From an uncultured Streptococcus sp. (GTDB lineage: Bacteria > Bacillota > Bacilli > Lactobacillales > Streptococcaceae): a DNA stretch of 49,944 nucleotides. Positions 33,966 to 45,172 of this stretch are shown here, in pieces. Position numbers and translations under genes: made by a program. Under the pieces are notes generated by a model, which was not told the DNA's origin, ran no database searches, and worked only from the letters and a program-made list of their open reading frames with translations. How positions within the stretch are numbered: the first letter of the stretch is position 1; each line of letters starts with the position of its first letter. The DNA is taken from positions 1 through 49,944 of the forward strand of contig NZ_CALHWC010000115.1 of assembly GCF_938036805.1 (NCBI RefSeq), in the 5' to 3' direction.

Positions 33966-34883
33966 TTAGTTGCGTCCCTTGAGAACAGCTTCAATGATAG
34001 CCATTCTGACAAAGACGCCATTTGTCATTTGTTCTACAATTCGAGATTTTGGAGCTTCAACCAAATGATCTGCAATTTCTACATCGCGATTGACAGGCGC
34101 TGGGTGCATCAGGATTGCAGTATCCTTCATACGATCATAGCGCTCTTGCGTCAAACCATGGAGTTTATGATAATTCTCCTTAGAGAAAATGGAGTTGTAG
34201 TCATGGCGTTCGTGCTGTACGCGGAGGAACATCATGACATCCACTTGGTCAATCACTTCGTCAATCGTTACGAATTTACCATAGTCAGCAAATTCCTCAC
34301 TTCTCCACTCATCTGGACCAGCAAAGAAGAGCTCCGCACCGAGACGTTTTAAGATTTGCATATTAGATTTGGCTACACGTGAGTGATCAAGGTCACCAGC
34401 AATGGCTACCTTCAAACCATCAAAATGACCGAATTCTTGGTAAATTGTCATCAAGTCAAGCAAACTTTGGCTTGGGTGCTGACCAGAACCATCACCACCA
34501 TTTACGATAGAAGTTGTAATTGTTGGACTTTCGATCAATTCTTTATAGTAATCGACCTCGGGGTGACGGATAACACAGACATCAACACCGAGAGCTGACA
34601 TAGTCAAAATCGTGTCATACAAGGTTTCTCCCTTATTGACTGAGCTTGTCTTGACATCAAAGTCAAGCAGGTCACACCCAAGTTTTAATTCAGCTACTTC
34701 AAAAGCCTTGTGGGTCCGAGTCGAAGATTCAAAGAAAAGATTCGAAATGATATGCTGCTCATCATAATGAACCTTTGCGCCGTTTTTAAATTCAATCCCG
34801 CGCTTGATCAAAGCCATTACTTCTTCGTTCGTAAGGTGTTCCATAGATACAAGATTTTTAAGTGCGATTTGATTTGATGACAT
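33966..34883 (-). CDS. pyrB: Aspartate carbamoyltransferase catalytic subunit
   Basis: [31 protein letters not shown]. Confidence 0.97.
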   Translation of the reverse strand: MSSNQIALKNLVSMEHLTNEEVMALIKRGIEFKNGAKVHYDEQHIISNLFFESSTRTHKAFEVAELKLGCDLLDFDVKTSSVNKGETLYDTILTMSALGVDVCVIRHPEVDYYKELIESPTITTSIVNGGDGSGQHPSQSLLDLMTIYQEFGHFDGLKVAIAGDLDHSRVAKSNMQILKRLGAELFFAGPDEWRSEEFADYGKFVTIDEVIDQVDVMMFLRVQHERHDYNSIFSKENYHKLHGLTQERYDRMKDTAILMHPAPVNRDVEIADHLVEAPKSRIVEQMTNGVFVRMAIIEAVLKGRN

Positions 34884-34939
34884 GATGTTATACTCCTTTT
34901 TTATTAAAAACTTTGGACAAATGTAGCAATCTCGTCAGC

Positions 34940-36220
34940 CTAATTTTTAGGTTCTGGCAGGATGAGGTAGAGGGCAATTCCGAGAACAGTTGACAAGGCA
35001 ACTCCTGAAACTTGCAGACCTGATAGTTGCAGGGTCAGACCACCGATACCAGATACCAGAACGACACTGGCAATCAGCAGGTTCTTTTTGTTGTCAAAAT
35101 TGGTTTGGGCTTCAATCAGAATTTTCAAACCGCTAGAAGCAATTACCCCGAAGAGGGCGATGGAAATGCCACCCAAAACTGGACTTGGAATCGATTGGAG
35201 CAGGGCAGATACTTTCCCGACAAAACTCATGACAATCGCTAATACAGCAGCACCAGCAATCACATAAACACTGTAGATTTTATTGAGCGCCATAACCCCG
35301 ATATTTTCACCGTAGCTGGTCACTGGCGGAGCACCAAAGATACCCGCGATAACCTGAGCCAGACCATCTCCAGCTAAAGTCTTATCCAAACCAGGCTCTT
35401 TAAAGAAATCTTTGCCTGTCAAGCTATTCAGAACCATAACATGCCCAAAGTGCTCTGTCATCGTTACAAAGGCGATCGGCGCCATTGTTAGGATTGCACT
35501 TGGATACAATTTAAAATCATAATCTATAAACGGAAGATTCATTGGCGGAACGTGGAACCAAGAAGCTTTTGTCACGTTGGCAAATGAGATAATCTCCTGA
35601 CCTGTCACCGCTCCGACAATCAGAGCGAAGATATAGCCAACAATCAAGCCCAGCAGAACTGGAATAATACCAACGATTTTCTTACCGTAGATGTTAAAGA
35701 GAATAACACAGAGAAGAGTTACCATCCCGATAGCAAAGTAGGTGATATCGTAAACCTTCTGGTCTCCAACAGTCTTATACATCACATCGCCAACAGCTGT
35801 ACCCGCTAGACTCAGACCAATCACCATGATGATAGGCCCTACCACTACCGGTGGCAAAATCTTATCAATCCAGGCGTTACCTGCGAATTTCACGATGAGG
35901 GCCACGATAAAATAGACCAGACCACCCGTGATAGCACCTTGCGCAACCGCAGCAATCCCATCTGTCTTCATTAAGATTTGCATGGCAGCGATATAAGCAA
36001 AGCTGGAGCCCATATAAGCAGGGATTTTGTACTTGGTCACTGTCAAGTGGGCCAGCGTTCCCAAACCACTTGAAAACAGGGCTACTGCTGGGTCAATTCC
36101 CACCAGAATCGGAACCAACACTGTCGCCCCAAACATAGCGAATAAATGTTGGAATGAAAGTCCTAAGAGTAAGCCAGGTTTTGGCATATCATGGACATCG
36201 TATTTAACTTCTTGACTCAT
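34940..36220 (-). CDS. pyrP: Uracil permease (NCS2 family)
   Basis: [31 protein letters not shown]. Confidence 0.93.
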   Translation of the reverse strand: MSQEVKYDVHDMPKPGLLLGLSFQHLFAMFGATVLVPILVGIDPAVALFSSGLGTLAHLTVTKYKIPAYMGSSFAYIAAMQILMKTDGIAAVAQGAITGGLVYFIVALIVKFAGNAWIDKILPPVVVGPIIMVIGLSLAGTAVGDVMYKTVGDQKVYDITYFAIGMVTLLCVILFNIYGKKIVGIIPVLLGLIVGYIFALIVGAVTGQEIISFANVTKASWFHVPPMNLPFIDYDFKLYPSAILTMAPIAFVTMTEHFGHVMVLNSLTGKDFFKEPGLDKTLAGDGLAQVIAGIFGAPPVTSYGENIGVMALNKIYSVYVIAGAAVLAIVMSFVGKVSALLQSIPSPVLGGISIALFGVIASSGLKILIEAQTNFDNKKNLLIASVVLVSGIGGLTLQLSGLQVSGVALSTVLGIALYLILPEPKN

Positions 36221-36744
36221 CTTGTCTCCTCCTCTACAATCAGAACTCGGTCCTGACCATCTTTTTCAGTCATTTCAACAATAATCTCTTCAAGGTGGCT
36301 CGTTGGAATATTTTTGCCAACATAGTCTGCCCGAATCGGCAACTCACGGTGCCCGCGGTCCACTAGAACAGCGAGGCTGACGCGTGATGGCCGTCCATTG
36401 CTGACAAGATTATCAATGGCTGCGCGGATAGTCCGGCCTGTATAGAGCACATCGTCAACGATAATCACTTCACGATCAGTAATGTCAACTGGAATTACTG
36501 TCGTGTCTTCCTTGACCTTGATATCGTCTCGGAAGGGCTTTGTATCCACTTCGCAAACTGGAATCTCAATTTTCTCTAGCTGAGCCAGTCGTTGCTGGAT
36601 ACGTTTGGCAATGAAAACCCCTCTGGTCTTAATGCCTGCCAAAACGATTTGGCTTAAATCCTTGTTGCGCTCGATGATTTCATAGGTGATTCGCGTGATG
36701 GCACGATTCATAGTGATCTCATCGACAACTTCCTTTGTCTTCAT
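36217..36744 (-). CDS. pyrR: Bifunctional pyr attenuation regulator/UPRTase
   Basis: [37 protein letters not shown]. Confidence 0.97.
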   Translation of the reverse strand: MKTKEVVDEITMNRAITRITYEIIERNKDLSQIVLAGIKTRGVFIAKRIQQRLAQLEKIEIPVCEVDTKPFRDDIKVKEDTTVIPVDITDREVIIVDDVLYTGRTIRAAIDNLVSNGRPSRVSLAVLVDRGHRELPIRADYVGKNIPTSHLEEIIVEMTEKDGQDRVLIVEEETR

Positions 36745-36764
36745 CTAAACCTCCTAAAAACATT

Positions 36765-36895
36765 AAAAAAGCCTCCTTTTGCAAGGAGACCTCAGAAAAT
36801 AGAGACAGGCTGAAACAAGACGCACTTGTCACACTCCACCTATCATTTTTACTTTGCTCCTTGCCTATCTCTCTGGATAGAATTAAAGGACTATT
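36765..36895 (-). promoter_or_regulatory. PyrR-binding attenuator leader
   Basis: Minus strand CCTTTAATTCTATCCAGAGAGATAGGCAAGG binding stem-loop, GCCTGTCTCT antiterminator strand, and GTCTCCTT-GCAA-AAGGAGGC-TTTTTT terminator. Confidence 0.85.
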
Positions 36896-37028
36896 TAATT
36901 GTTTATAACTATACCACAATTTCATTTCCATTTCAAGAAAAAAATGAACTTTTTTCACGATAAATTGCTATCCATTTCAACAAAATAAAAAAGAGAGAAC
37001 ATCTGTTTTCTATTCCCATTATAACTAT

Positions 37029-37658
37029 CTAAGCTTTTTGCTTCTTTGAAAATGAGATAGATTTGATTCCGTAAAAAATATAACCGAAGACTAGATAGGC
37101 CACAAAGATAATCAGGCACATCTTGATGACATAAGGCCAACCGTGCTTATAGACATTAAGGAAAAAGTAGGGAAAGGGTTTATCCTTGGCATTGGGAATA
37201 TCAATTTTCAAGAAAAAGCCGTTAATAAGGGCAAAAATCATGTAAATTAGCGGAACACTTGTCCAAGAAATGGGATCAAACCAACGATACTGCCGAGTTT
37301 TATCAAATACAAGAGTATCAAAGAAAAACATGAGGGGCACAATATAATGGCAAAGGAAATTTTCCAAACGATAAAAATCGGTCGCAATCGGAGCTAGGAG
37401 CAAGTGATAGACTACGCAGGTAATCATGATACACATGGTCACACCGCCCTTCACGCGCAACAGCTTGGAACTCTCCCAGTTATTGTCCGTCCACATTCTG
37501 AAAATGAGATAGGCTGTGAATAACAGAACCAGAAGATTAGACAAGACCGTGTAGTACATCAGCATTCCTACGCCAAGTTTAGCAAGTTCCAGATAGACTC
37601 CGACAAAAGCTAAAACCAGAAGAAGAAGGCGATAAGAAAGAATTATTTTTTTATTCAT
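37029..37658 (-). CDS. Pr6Pr-family integral membrane protein
   Basis: YYTVLSN, VYHLLLAP, CHYIVPL, PYFFLN motifs. Confidence 0.8.
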   Translation of the reverse strand: MNKKIILSYRLLLLVLAFVGVYLELAKLGVGMLMYYTVLSNLLVLLFTAYLIFRMWTDNNWESSKLLRVKGGVTMCIMITCVVYHLLLAPIATDFYRLENFLCHYIVPLMFFFDTLVFDKTRQYRWFDPISWTSVPLIYMIFALINGFFLKIDIPNAKDKPFPYFFLNVYKHGWPYVIKMCLIIFVAYLVFGYIFYGIKSISFSKKQKA

Positions 37659-37666
37659 AAGATTTC

Positions 37667-38005
37667 TCAGATTTTCTTGACAAATTCTGACTTAAGCTTC
37701 ATAGCACCAAATCCATCAACCTTACAGTCAATATTGTGGTCGCCTTCGACGATGCGGATATTTTTCACGCGCGTTCCTTGTTTGAGATCCTTAGGAGCAC
37801 CTTTGACTTTCAAGTCCTTGATTAAGGTAACTGTATCCCCATCGGCCAACTGGTTTCCGTTCGCATCAATAGCCACTGGACCAGCTTCTCCTGCTGCAAC
37901 TTCTGCTGGATCCCATTCGTAGGCACATTCTGGACAAACCAAGAGGACACCATCTTCATAAACGTATTCTGAGTTACATTTTGGGCAATTTGGTAAATTA
38001 TTCAT
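37667..38005 (-). CDS. phnA: PhnA/YjdM zinc-ribbon protein
   Basis: [27 protein letters not shown]. Confidence 0.9.
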   Translation of the reverse strand: MNNLPNCPKCNSEYVYEDGVLLVCPECAYEWDPAEVAAGEAGPVAIDANGNQLADGDTVTLIKDLKVKGAPKDLKQGTRVKNIRIVEGDHNIDCKVDGFGAMKLKSEFVKKI

Positions 38006-38148
38006 TAAATCATTTCTCCTTATAAGTGGGCAGACATTCAGAAAAGAATAAGAACTGAGTGACAGCCATATTTTACCGTCTTATTATACGATATTTTATC
38101 TTATTTGACAAATGGGCAAAGAAAATCACCTGTTTTCAAAAAACTTTC

Positions 38149-38199
38149 TTGACTTTTATGACAAAACAATGTACTATTCTAGTGTATATACAGTAGATA
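38149..38199 (+). promoter_or_regulatory. niaX promoter with NiaR operator
   Basis: TTGACT-N17-TACTAT, then the palindrome TCTAGTGTATATACAGTAGA resembling the streptococcal NiaR box (GTGT-n4-ACA core). Confidence 0.7.
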
Positions 38200-38212
38200 A
38201 AAGGAGTTTATT

Positions 38213-38737
38213 ATGAAACCAACATCTAAAAATCAGTTTATGACCCTAACTGCTTTTTTGACTGCCCTAGCCATCGTTATCCCGCTGGTTATGCCGATTA
38301 AGATTGTCATCCCGCCTGCTTCCTTCACTCTAGCCAGCCACGTTGCAATCTTTCTGGCCATGTTCATCTCACCACTCATGACAGTGATTGTCGTTCTCGG
38401 CTCTACCATCGGATTTTTCATGTCCGGTCTTCCTTTCATCATCACCCTGAGAGCCCTGTCTCACCTGCTCTTCGGGACTGTCGGCGCTCTTTACCTGCAA
38501 AAGCATCCTGGTATATTAGACAATCAGAAAACGACCTGGATCTTTAATTTCGTGCTGGCCCTGATTCATGCCTTTGGTGAGGTTGTGGTCTGCATTCTCT
38601 TTTACACTACGACAGCCTATCCGGCCAATGCCTTCTATATCCTCTTCGGTTTAGTTGGATTTGGAACAATCATTCACAGTATGGTGGACTTTGTCATTGC
38701 TAAATTTGTCTATCAGGCTCTGAAAAAGATTCGCTAA
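38213..38737 (+). CDS. niaX: Niacin transporter NiaX (ECF S component)
   Basis: IPPASFTLASHV, RALSH, HSMVDF; adjacent to niaR. Confidence 0.85.
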   Translation: MKPTSKNQFMTLTAFLTALAIVIPLVMPIKIVIPPASFTLASHVAIFLAMFISPLMTVIVVLGSTIGFFMSGLPFIITLRALSHLLFGTVGALYLQKHPGILDNQKTTWIFNFVLALIHAFGEVVVCILFYTTTAYPANAFYILFGLVGFGTIIHSMVDFVIAKFVYQALKKIR

Positions 38738-38775
38738 ACCTTGAATCTTCTATAGATTTGATTTACAATGAAGAT

Positions 38776-39288
38776 ATGACAAAAAAACGAAGAAATGATT
38801 TATTAGAACTTTTAAAAGAAGCTCGGCAACCTTTAAACGGACAATTTTTGGCCGAACAATTTCATGTCACTCGTCAGATTATCGTTCAGGATATTGCCCT
38901 ACTGCGAGCCGATGGCACTCCCATTATCAGTACCAATAGGGGCTATCTCTATAAAGAAAGCAATCAACCCGCTCATTTTCACAGACTTTTTAAACTCAAA
39001 CACAAGGCGGATGATATCGAAGCCGAACTTTTGGCCATCGTTGATAATGGCGGACGAGTGCAAAATATTATGATTGAGCATCCTGTCTATGGGGAAATTC
39101 AGACCTATCTGAAATTGGCCTGCCGCCGCGATGTGCAACAATTTTTAGAGCAAATTTCAGAGAGCGATTTTCGTGCCTTATCCGAGCTAACAAATGGAAT
39201 TCACTACCATTTAATCGAGGCAGACTCTCAGCAGGACCTAGACTATATCGAGGAAGCCTTAGCGACACTGGGCTTTCTGCAAGAATAA
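38776..39288 (+). CDS. niaR: Niacin-responsive repressor NiaR (HTH plus 3H domain)
   Basis: VTRQIIVQDIALLRA, IVDNGG, EHPVYG, LTNGIHYH; start set at ATG 38776. Confidence 0.92.
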   Translation: MTKKRRNDLLELLKEARQPLNGQFLAEQFHVTRQIIVQDIALLRADGTPIISTNRGYLYKESNQPAHFHRLFKLKHKADDIEAELLAIVDNGGRVQNIMIEHPVYGEIQTYLKLACRRDVQQFLEQISESDFRALSELTNGIHYHLIEADSQQDLDYIEEALATLGFLQE

Positions 39289-39426
39289 GCACAAGGATAT
39301 TATTCTATATTGAACCAGTTTTGAAGGGAATTCAAGGCTGGTTTTTATATTTTAAATGAACAAGAAACTTTGTCAACTTCCTAGAAATAAGGTAGAATAA
39401 GAGAAAGAAATCTGTAGGGGGACAGA

Positions 39427-40734
39427 ATGGCAGCAAAACCTAAATACCAAGTCATCATGGATAAAATTATTAGGGACATTGACAAGGGAAGACTTACTAG
39501 GGGGCAAAAGATTCCCTCCGTCCGCAAGCTGGCAGACCGCTACCATTGCAGCAAGGATACTGCCCAGAAGGCCTTGATTGAGCTTCGTTATCAGAAGTAC
39601 ATCTATGCTGTACCTAAGAGCGGCTACTATGTCTTGGAAAATGACCAAAATAAAAAGGAAGATATCGAACTGGCTGTGACAGACGACCGCCACCAAGCCT
39701 ATGAAGACTTCCGCCTGTGTGTCAATGAAACACTGATTGGTCGAGAAAACTATCTTTTCAACTACTATTCTCAGCAAGAAGGACTGGAGGAGTTGCGACA
39801 GTCAGTTCAGCGCTTGCTCTTGGACTCCGCAGTCTACACTTCTGCAGACAGTCTGATTCTGACTTCCGGTACCCAACAAGCCCTCTACATTCTCTCTCAG
39901 ATTGATTTCCCCAATGGTAAAGAGACCATTCTGGTCGAGCAACCCACCTACCACCGAATCAATGATTTACTGCTAAATCAGAAATTGCCTTACGAGAGCA
40001 TTGAACGTAAACCGACTGGCATTGACCTGAAAGAGTTAGAGAGGATTTTTCAAACAGGGCAAATCAAGTTTTTCTATACGATTCCCCGTTTCCACTATCC
40101 ACTAGGACATTCCTACAGCCGTCAGGAAAAGGAAGAAATCCTTGACCTCGCTGAGCGTTATGATGTCTATATCGTTGAAGACGACTATCTGGCTGACTTT
40201 GACAGCAAGCGGGGACTACCCTTTCATTATCTAGATGACAGCCAGTATGTCCTCTATATCAAGTCTTTTTCTACTAGTCTCTTTCCTGCCCTGCGCATCA
40301 CGGCCTTGGTTCTGCCACCTCAGATTCGAGAAACCTTTCTGTCCTATAAAATAGCGGTTGACTACGACAGTAACCTCATCATGCAAAAGGCTCTCTCCCT
40401 CTATATTGATAATCTGATGTTTGAAAAGAATCGTCTAGGCTTACTTAACCGACTAGAAACTGAAAAAACTAAGGCACAATTCCTCTTGGACGACCTTCAT
40501 TTCCCTCTGCCCCACCAGTTGACAACAGATGGCGTGATTTTTGACCTCCAATCCCTCCCCTCAGTCAGCTCCCTCAAACACAGCAAGCTGCCGCTGGACT
40601 TTTTTGAAAGCAGCTACATTCAGACCTGCCCCTACCACTACGCTAAGCTACAGTTTGATGATTTAAAAGAAAATCTGGAAAAATTTAAAGACTATCTAAA
40701 AAAGAGAGGGGGACAGAAATCGGTAATTCGTTAG
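39427..40734 (+). CDS. MocR/GabR-family PLP-binding GntR regulator (PdxR-like)
   Basis: N-terminal GntR HTH (IPSVRKLA...PKSGYYV) plus aminotransferase-like domain (GTQQAL, VEDDY, KSFS); last ~9 codons come from repeat copy 3. Confidence 0.88.
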   Translation: MAAKPKYQVIMDKIIRDIDKGRLTRGQKIPSVRKLADRYHCSKDTAQKALIELRYQKYIYAVPKSGYYVLENDQNKKEDIELAVTDDRHQAYEDFRLCVNETLIGRENYLFNYYSQQEGLEELRQSVQRLLLDSAVYTSADSLILTSGTQQALYILSQIDFPNGKETILVEQPTYHRINDLLLNQKLPYESIERKPTGIDLKELERIFQTGQIKFFYTIPRFHYPLGHSYSRQEKEEILDLAERYDVYIVEDDYLADFDSKRGLPFHYLDDSQYVLYIKSFSTSLFPALRITALVLPPQIRETFLSYKIAVDYDSNLIMQKALSLYIDNLMFEKNRLGLLNRLETEKTKAQFLLDDLHFPLPHQLTTDGVIFDLQSLPSVSSLKHSKLPLDFFESSYIQTCPYHYAKLQFDDLKENLEKFKDYLKKRGGQKSVIR

Positions 40735-40867
40735 AATTCGATTTCGTCATCCCACCTCCGCACAGTTGAGTAGGACTGTAAAAACTGATGAAATCAGCGG
40801 AGTAGAGCCCACTCAACCACTGCGTCTTGATCGACAATTAAGAGGCTAGGACTTTTGTCCCAGCCTC
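40704..40867 (+). repeat. Interspersed MITE-like repeat, copy 3 (11-bp internal deletion)
   Basis: GAGAGGGGGACAGAAAT...CTTTTGTCCCAGCCTC; same orientation as copy 1. Confidence 0.9.
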
Positions 40868-40892
40868 TTTTCTTTGAATTTTTCCTTGTTTT

Positions 40893-42632
40893 TCAGGCAT
40901 CCAACATTCCAGCCTGCAGCTGGTACATTTTCTTATACGTCCCATTTTGCGCTAGAAGCTCTTCATGGCTACCAGACTCAATGATGCGCCCTTTATCTAA
41001 AACGTAGATGCAATTGGCATCCTGAATCGTAGACAGCCGATGAGCAATGGCAATAGTCGTTCTGCCCTGCCGCATTTTCCGAAGAGAATGCTGGATCAGC
41101 TCCTCAGTTTCCGAATCGATATTGGCAGTGGCTTCGTCCAAAATCAAGATTTTAGGCTTGGATGCGATGGTTCTGGCAAAGGCCAAAAGCTGTCGTTGGC
41201 CACTAGAAAAGGTGGAGCCACGCTCAGTAACCGGACTATCATAGCCCTGAGCTAGCTGGCTGATAAAGTCATGGGCATCCACAAAGCGAGCTGCTTCTTC
41301 GACCTCTGCTCGCGATAGATTTTCCTGATACATACGGATATTGGAGGCAATGGTGCCATGGTAGAGGAAGGGATCCTGCAAAACAAGACCAATATTTCGT
41401 CGTAATTCTGCTTGACTATAGTCTCTGATATCTCTGCCATCAATAAGAATTTTGCCTTTCTCAAATTCATAAAAGCGCAGGAAAAGGTTGATAATGGAGG
41501 ATTTTCCCGACCCCGTTGATCCGACAAAAGCAATCGTCTCACCTTGCTTGACGCTAAAAGAAATATCCTTTAGAATCTCCCGCTTTCCGTCATAGGAGAA
41601 GGTCACGTGCTGAAAGTCAATATTGCCCGCCTGAATCTCAGGTCCCTCTTCTGCTTGCTCAGGCTCAAAGTCTCGACGATCCATGAGTTCAAAAACGCGC
41701 TCTGCAGCCACCATGGATGTCTGAAGAACAGAGTAATTTTGCATGACATCAATCAGGGGATTGAAAAGCTGATTGACATACTGGATAAAAGCATACATGA
41801 CACCAGCAGTCACTCCAGCTACTTGCCAACTCAAGCCAAAATAAGTCAGAATAAGGGCATAAGCCAAGATTTTCAGCAAGGACATAGCTGGGCGCAGAAA
41901 GAGGCTGTTCACATTCAGATAGCGATTACTAAAGTCTAGGTGTTCTCCATTGATTGCTTCAAATTCTTCGATTAGCCGCTTTTCCTGACCAAAAGCTTGG
42001 ATGATCCGCATCCCTTCAATACTCTCAGAAAGTTTGACATTGAGGTCGCTCAGTCTGGCTCGGACTTGCTTGAGCAAGCGATTGGACAGCCGCTGATACA
42101 AGATAATCGAGCCAAGCATGATGGGCAAAAAGAGGACAATCAGCAGAGTCAGCCGCCAATTCAGAGCCAGCATGGTTGCAATTGTCACTACCAAGATAAG
42201 TATAGAGCTAAGGAAATTTGAAAAAATACTGCTAAACATATCAGCCACTGACTGGGTATCGTTGGTCAAGCGGGAAACGATAGCCCCTGCTGCAGTCTGG
42301 TCAAAGTAAGCCATACATAATTGCTGCATATTCGCAAGAGTTTCCTGCCGGAGATCGCGGACAATGCTATAAGCCACCCGTGCAAAGGCATACTGCCCCA
42401 GAAAAGTAAGGAGCACCCGCAAAAGAAAGAGACCATAGTAAATTCCCAGCAAATAGAGACCACTTGAGGCTGCTTCTCGGCTGACAAACTGGTCAATATA
42501 AGACCGAGCCAAGAGCGGCAAGGCCGTTGTCACCAGAGTTGTCGCAAAAATAAAGACTAGAGCCAGGAGACTAATCCATTTGTAGCGCCACATATAATCT
42601 AGAAGGCGTCTAAAAGTTGATTGTTTTGTCAT
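40893..42632 (-). CDS. Heterodimeric ABC exporter subunit (TMD plus NBD)
   Basis: GSTGSGKS, FSSGQRQ, ILDEATANID, IAHRLSTI. Confidence 0.93.
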   Translation of the reverse strand: MTKQSTFRRLLDYMWRYKWISLLALVFIFATTLVTTALPLLARSYIDQFVSREAASSGLYLLGIYYGLFLLRVLLTFLGQYAFARVAYSIVRDLRQETLANMQQLCMAYFDQTAAGAIVSRLTNDTQSVADMFSSIFSNFLSSILILVVTIATMLALNWRLTLLIVLFLPIMLGSIILYQRLSNRLLKQVRARLSDLNVKLSESIEGMRIIQAFGQEKRLIEEFEAINGEHLDFSNRYLNVNSLFLRPAMSLLKILAYALILTYFGLSWQVAGVTAGVMYAFIQYVNQLFNPLIDVMQNYSVLQTSMVAAERVFELMDRRDFEPEQAEEGPEIQAGNIDFQHVTFSYDGKREILKDISFSVKQGETIAFVGSTGSGKSSIINLFLRFYEFEKGKILIDGRDIRDYSQAELRRNIGLVLQDPFLYHGTIASNIRMYQENLSRAEVEEAARFVDAHDFISQLAQGYDSPVTERGSTFSSGQRQLLAFARTIASKPKILILDEATANIDSETEELIQHSLRKMRQGRTTIAIAHRLSTIQDANCIYVLDKGRIIESGSHEELLAQNGTYKKMYQLQAGMLDA

Positions 42633-44377
42633 TTTGCAGACTCCTCCTCAAAGCGTTCATATAGTTGTTGATTTTGATAGGTTTGAGCATACCAGCCCTG
42701 TGCTGCTAGAAGTTCTTGGTGACTGCCTCGCTCCTTAATACGGCCATTCTCCAACACTAGAATCAAATCCGCATGGACAATGGCTGACAGACGATGGGCA
42801 GTGATAATGGTCGTCTTACCAGCTCGTTCCTGCTTGAGATTTTCTAAAATCATATGTTCGGTCTTGGCATCCACTGCTGACAAGGAATCATCCAAAATCA
42901 AAATTTCTGGATTGATGATGAGGGCTCTGCTCATAGCCAAACGCTGCTTTTGACCACCAGAAAGCGAGACGCCCCGCTCACCAAGCAACGTATCCAAACC
43001 ATCCGGCATAGCCTTAATATCCTCATAAACACCACAAAGCTGGGCTGCTCGGATAACTTGCTCATCTGACAGTTGTGGATTGGCAAAGCGGATATTGTTC
43101 CGAATGGATAGAGCAAAAAGAATCTGATCCTGAGGCACATAACCAATCAGACTGCGCATATCCTTAAGAGCATACTCTCGGATGTCGTGCCCATTCAGAT
43201 AAATTGCTCCTTGCTGAATATCCTGCTCCCGCAGCAAAAGGCGTAGCAAGGTGGTCTTCCCAGATCCAGTCGGCCCAACAATCCCCAAGGTCTGCCCTTT
43301 GTCTAATGTAAAGTGAATATCCTTTAACGTCACTTCGTTCTCATAGGCAAAGTAATCTATTTCATAGTCCAGTCGACCATTTTGAATACTGGCAAGTGGC
43401 TGCTGGGCTTCCTCGACATCCGACTCCTCAGCCAGCAAGTTCTCAATTCGTTCATAGGAAACAGCTCCCCGCTGGCTGATATTCACTAGGTAACCCATCG
43501 CTTGCAGCGGCCACACTAGCATATCCAGATAAGTCATAAAGGTAACCAGCTCACCGACTGTAAATTGACCTTGGGAGATAAACATTCCCCCAAAAATCAG
43601 GGTCAGAACATAGGATAAGCCGACAAAAATAAGCACCATGGGGTCAAACAGAGAATTGTACTTGGCAGCTAAAATATTCTTTTGATAGACTTCTTGGTTG
43701 ATTGCTGCAAAGGACTGAGTCTCCGCATTCTGATAGCCAAAAGACTTAGTCACTTTAATCCCCGCTACGCTTTCCTGAACTTTATTGTTGAGATCTGAAA
43801 AGGCCTCCTGAGCCGCTTTAAAGCTCTCGTGGTTCTTCCGACCAATCAAGCTGGTTCCCCAGGATAGAAAGGGCAGAGGGAGAATAGCAATCAGGGTCAG
43901 TCGCCAGTCCAAGACCAAAAACATGGTGATGAGGGTCACCAAGGCTGTAATAGAAGCATCTACCGCTGACATAACACCACCGCCAGCCACGCTAACCACC
44001 GCATTGATATCATTAGTTGCATGAGCCATGAGGTCACCCGTTCGGTATTTTTGATAAAAACTTGGCGACATCCGCGTAAAATGCTCAAAAAGCCGAAAGC
44101 GTAAGATGCGCCCCAGATTATTTGCCGTGCCAAAGATATAGAGCCGCCAGACATAACGCAAACCATACATAATAAAAGCAGCCAAAATCAAAAGGAGAAG
44201 ATTATAAGCAAGTTCTCCAGCAGTCAGACTCCGTCTAGCAATCTGGTCAATAACCTGCCCAATGACCCGTGGCGGAATCAGATTAAACACACTGACCAGA
44301 GACAAGGCTAAGATGCCGATCATATAACGCCGCTTTTCCAGTTTAAAAAACCAGTCTAGTTTTCTGATTAGATTCAT
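42629..44377 (-). CDS. Heterodimeric ABC exporter subunit (TMD plus NBD)
   Basis: GPTGSGKT, LSGGQKQR, ILDDSLSAVD, TAHRLS; overlaps the partner start. Confidence 0.93.
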   Translation of the reverse strand: MNLIRKLDWFFKLEKRRYMIGILALSLVSVFNLIPPRVIGQVIDQIARRSLTAGELAYNLLLLILAAFIMYGLRYVWRLYIFGTANNLGRILRFRLFEHFTRMSPSFYQKYRTGDLMAHATNDINAVVSVAGGGVMSAVDASITALVTLITMFLVLDWRLTLIAILPLPFLSWGTSLIGRKNHESFKAAQEAFSDLNNKVQESVAGIKVTKSFGYQNAETQSFAAINQEVYQKNILAAKYNSLFDPMVLIFVGLSYVLTLIFGGMFISQGQFTVGELVTFMTYLDMLVWPLQAMGYLVNISQRGAVSYERIENLLAEESDVEEAQQPLASIQNGRLDYEIDYFAYENEVTLKDIHFTLDKGQTLGIVGPTGSGKTTLLRLLLREQDIQQGAIYLNGHDIREYALKDMRSLIGYVPQDQILFALSIRNNIRFANPQLSDEQVIRAAQLCGVYEDIKAMPDGLDTLLGERGVSLSGGQKQRLAMSRALIINPEILILDDSLSAVDAKTEHMILENLKQERAGKTTIITAHRLSAIVHADLILVLENGRIKERGSHQELLAAQGWYAQTYQNQQLYERFEEESAK

Positions 44378-44489
44378 TTCGTTTCCTCATTCCAAACAAA
44401 GGACGGACAGCCCTTAATCCGACTGTCCGTTTCTCACTATCTCTATTATACGCTATTTCATCTAAAAATGAAACTCAGGCAAACTATGC

Positions 44490-45161
44490 TCATCTTTTCT
44501 TAGTCAGGACAAAACTGGTGTCCAACAAATCAAAAAGTTGCTGATCCGACAAGGTCCCATCCAAGGGAAGACTGAGCCAGTATTTTTTATTCATATGAAA
44601 GGCGGGATAAATTCCCTTTTGCTGAATAAGTTCCGCAACTCGGTCACTCTTGACATTTAGAACCTCAATCAGACCACTGCGCTCCTTTTCAAACTTGGAC
44701 CAGTCAGTCGTCAAAAAAGCTCCGTACCATTTCTTGCTATCCTGATGGCGAAAAACAGCGGCCCCATTAGAGCTTTTACGAGAAGAATTTTCCCAAAGAT
44801 ATTCCAACTGCCCCTGATAAGTAGTCGCCACATAGCTACTCAGTCGCTGACTTTGCTCATAAAGAAAGCCTACTTTCTCAAAGCAATGCTGCCGAATGTA
44901 CAGCAGAACCTCCTGACAGGCCGCCCTGACTTGACCGACAAATTCTCCAGTCATACTTTCCATCTTGACCTGACGATACTCATCACCTGTATCCAAGTCA
45001 AACACCTGAAAATTCAGCTTTCCATCGGAAATCAGCACATTCATCTGGAAGTCACCAGCCATAATCTTGGTCGAATAGCTGTATTCTGCACCAGACCTGA
45101 CAAAGCCATAATCCAGCAAATTTTCTTCCTTCAGCCTGTATTTTTCAAATAAATCCAACAT
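44490..45161 (-). CDS. MmcQ/YjbR-family DNA-binding protein
   Basis: AVFRHQDSKKWYG, LNVK, YPAFHMNKKYWLS. Confidence 0.85.
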   Translation of the reverse strand: MLDLFEKYRLKEENLLDYGFVRSGAEYSYSTKIMAGDFQMNVLISDGKLNFQVFDLDTGDEYRQVKMESMTGEFVGQVRAACQEVLLYIRQHCFEKVGFLYEQSQRLSSYVATTYQGQLEYLWENSSRKSSNGAAVFRHQDSKKWYGAFLTTDWSKFEKERSGLIEVLNVKSDRVAELIQQKGIYPAFHMNKKYWLSLPLDGTLSDQQLFDLLDTSFVLTKKR

Positions 45162-45172
45162 GAACTTGCCTA

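Noticed and set aside
33900..33966. Absence of carAB after pyrB as evidence of gene loss
   Set aside because: carAB position varies among streptococci; absence from this window says nothing about the genome
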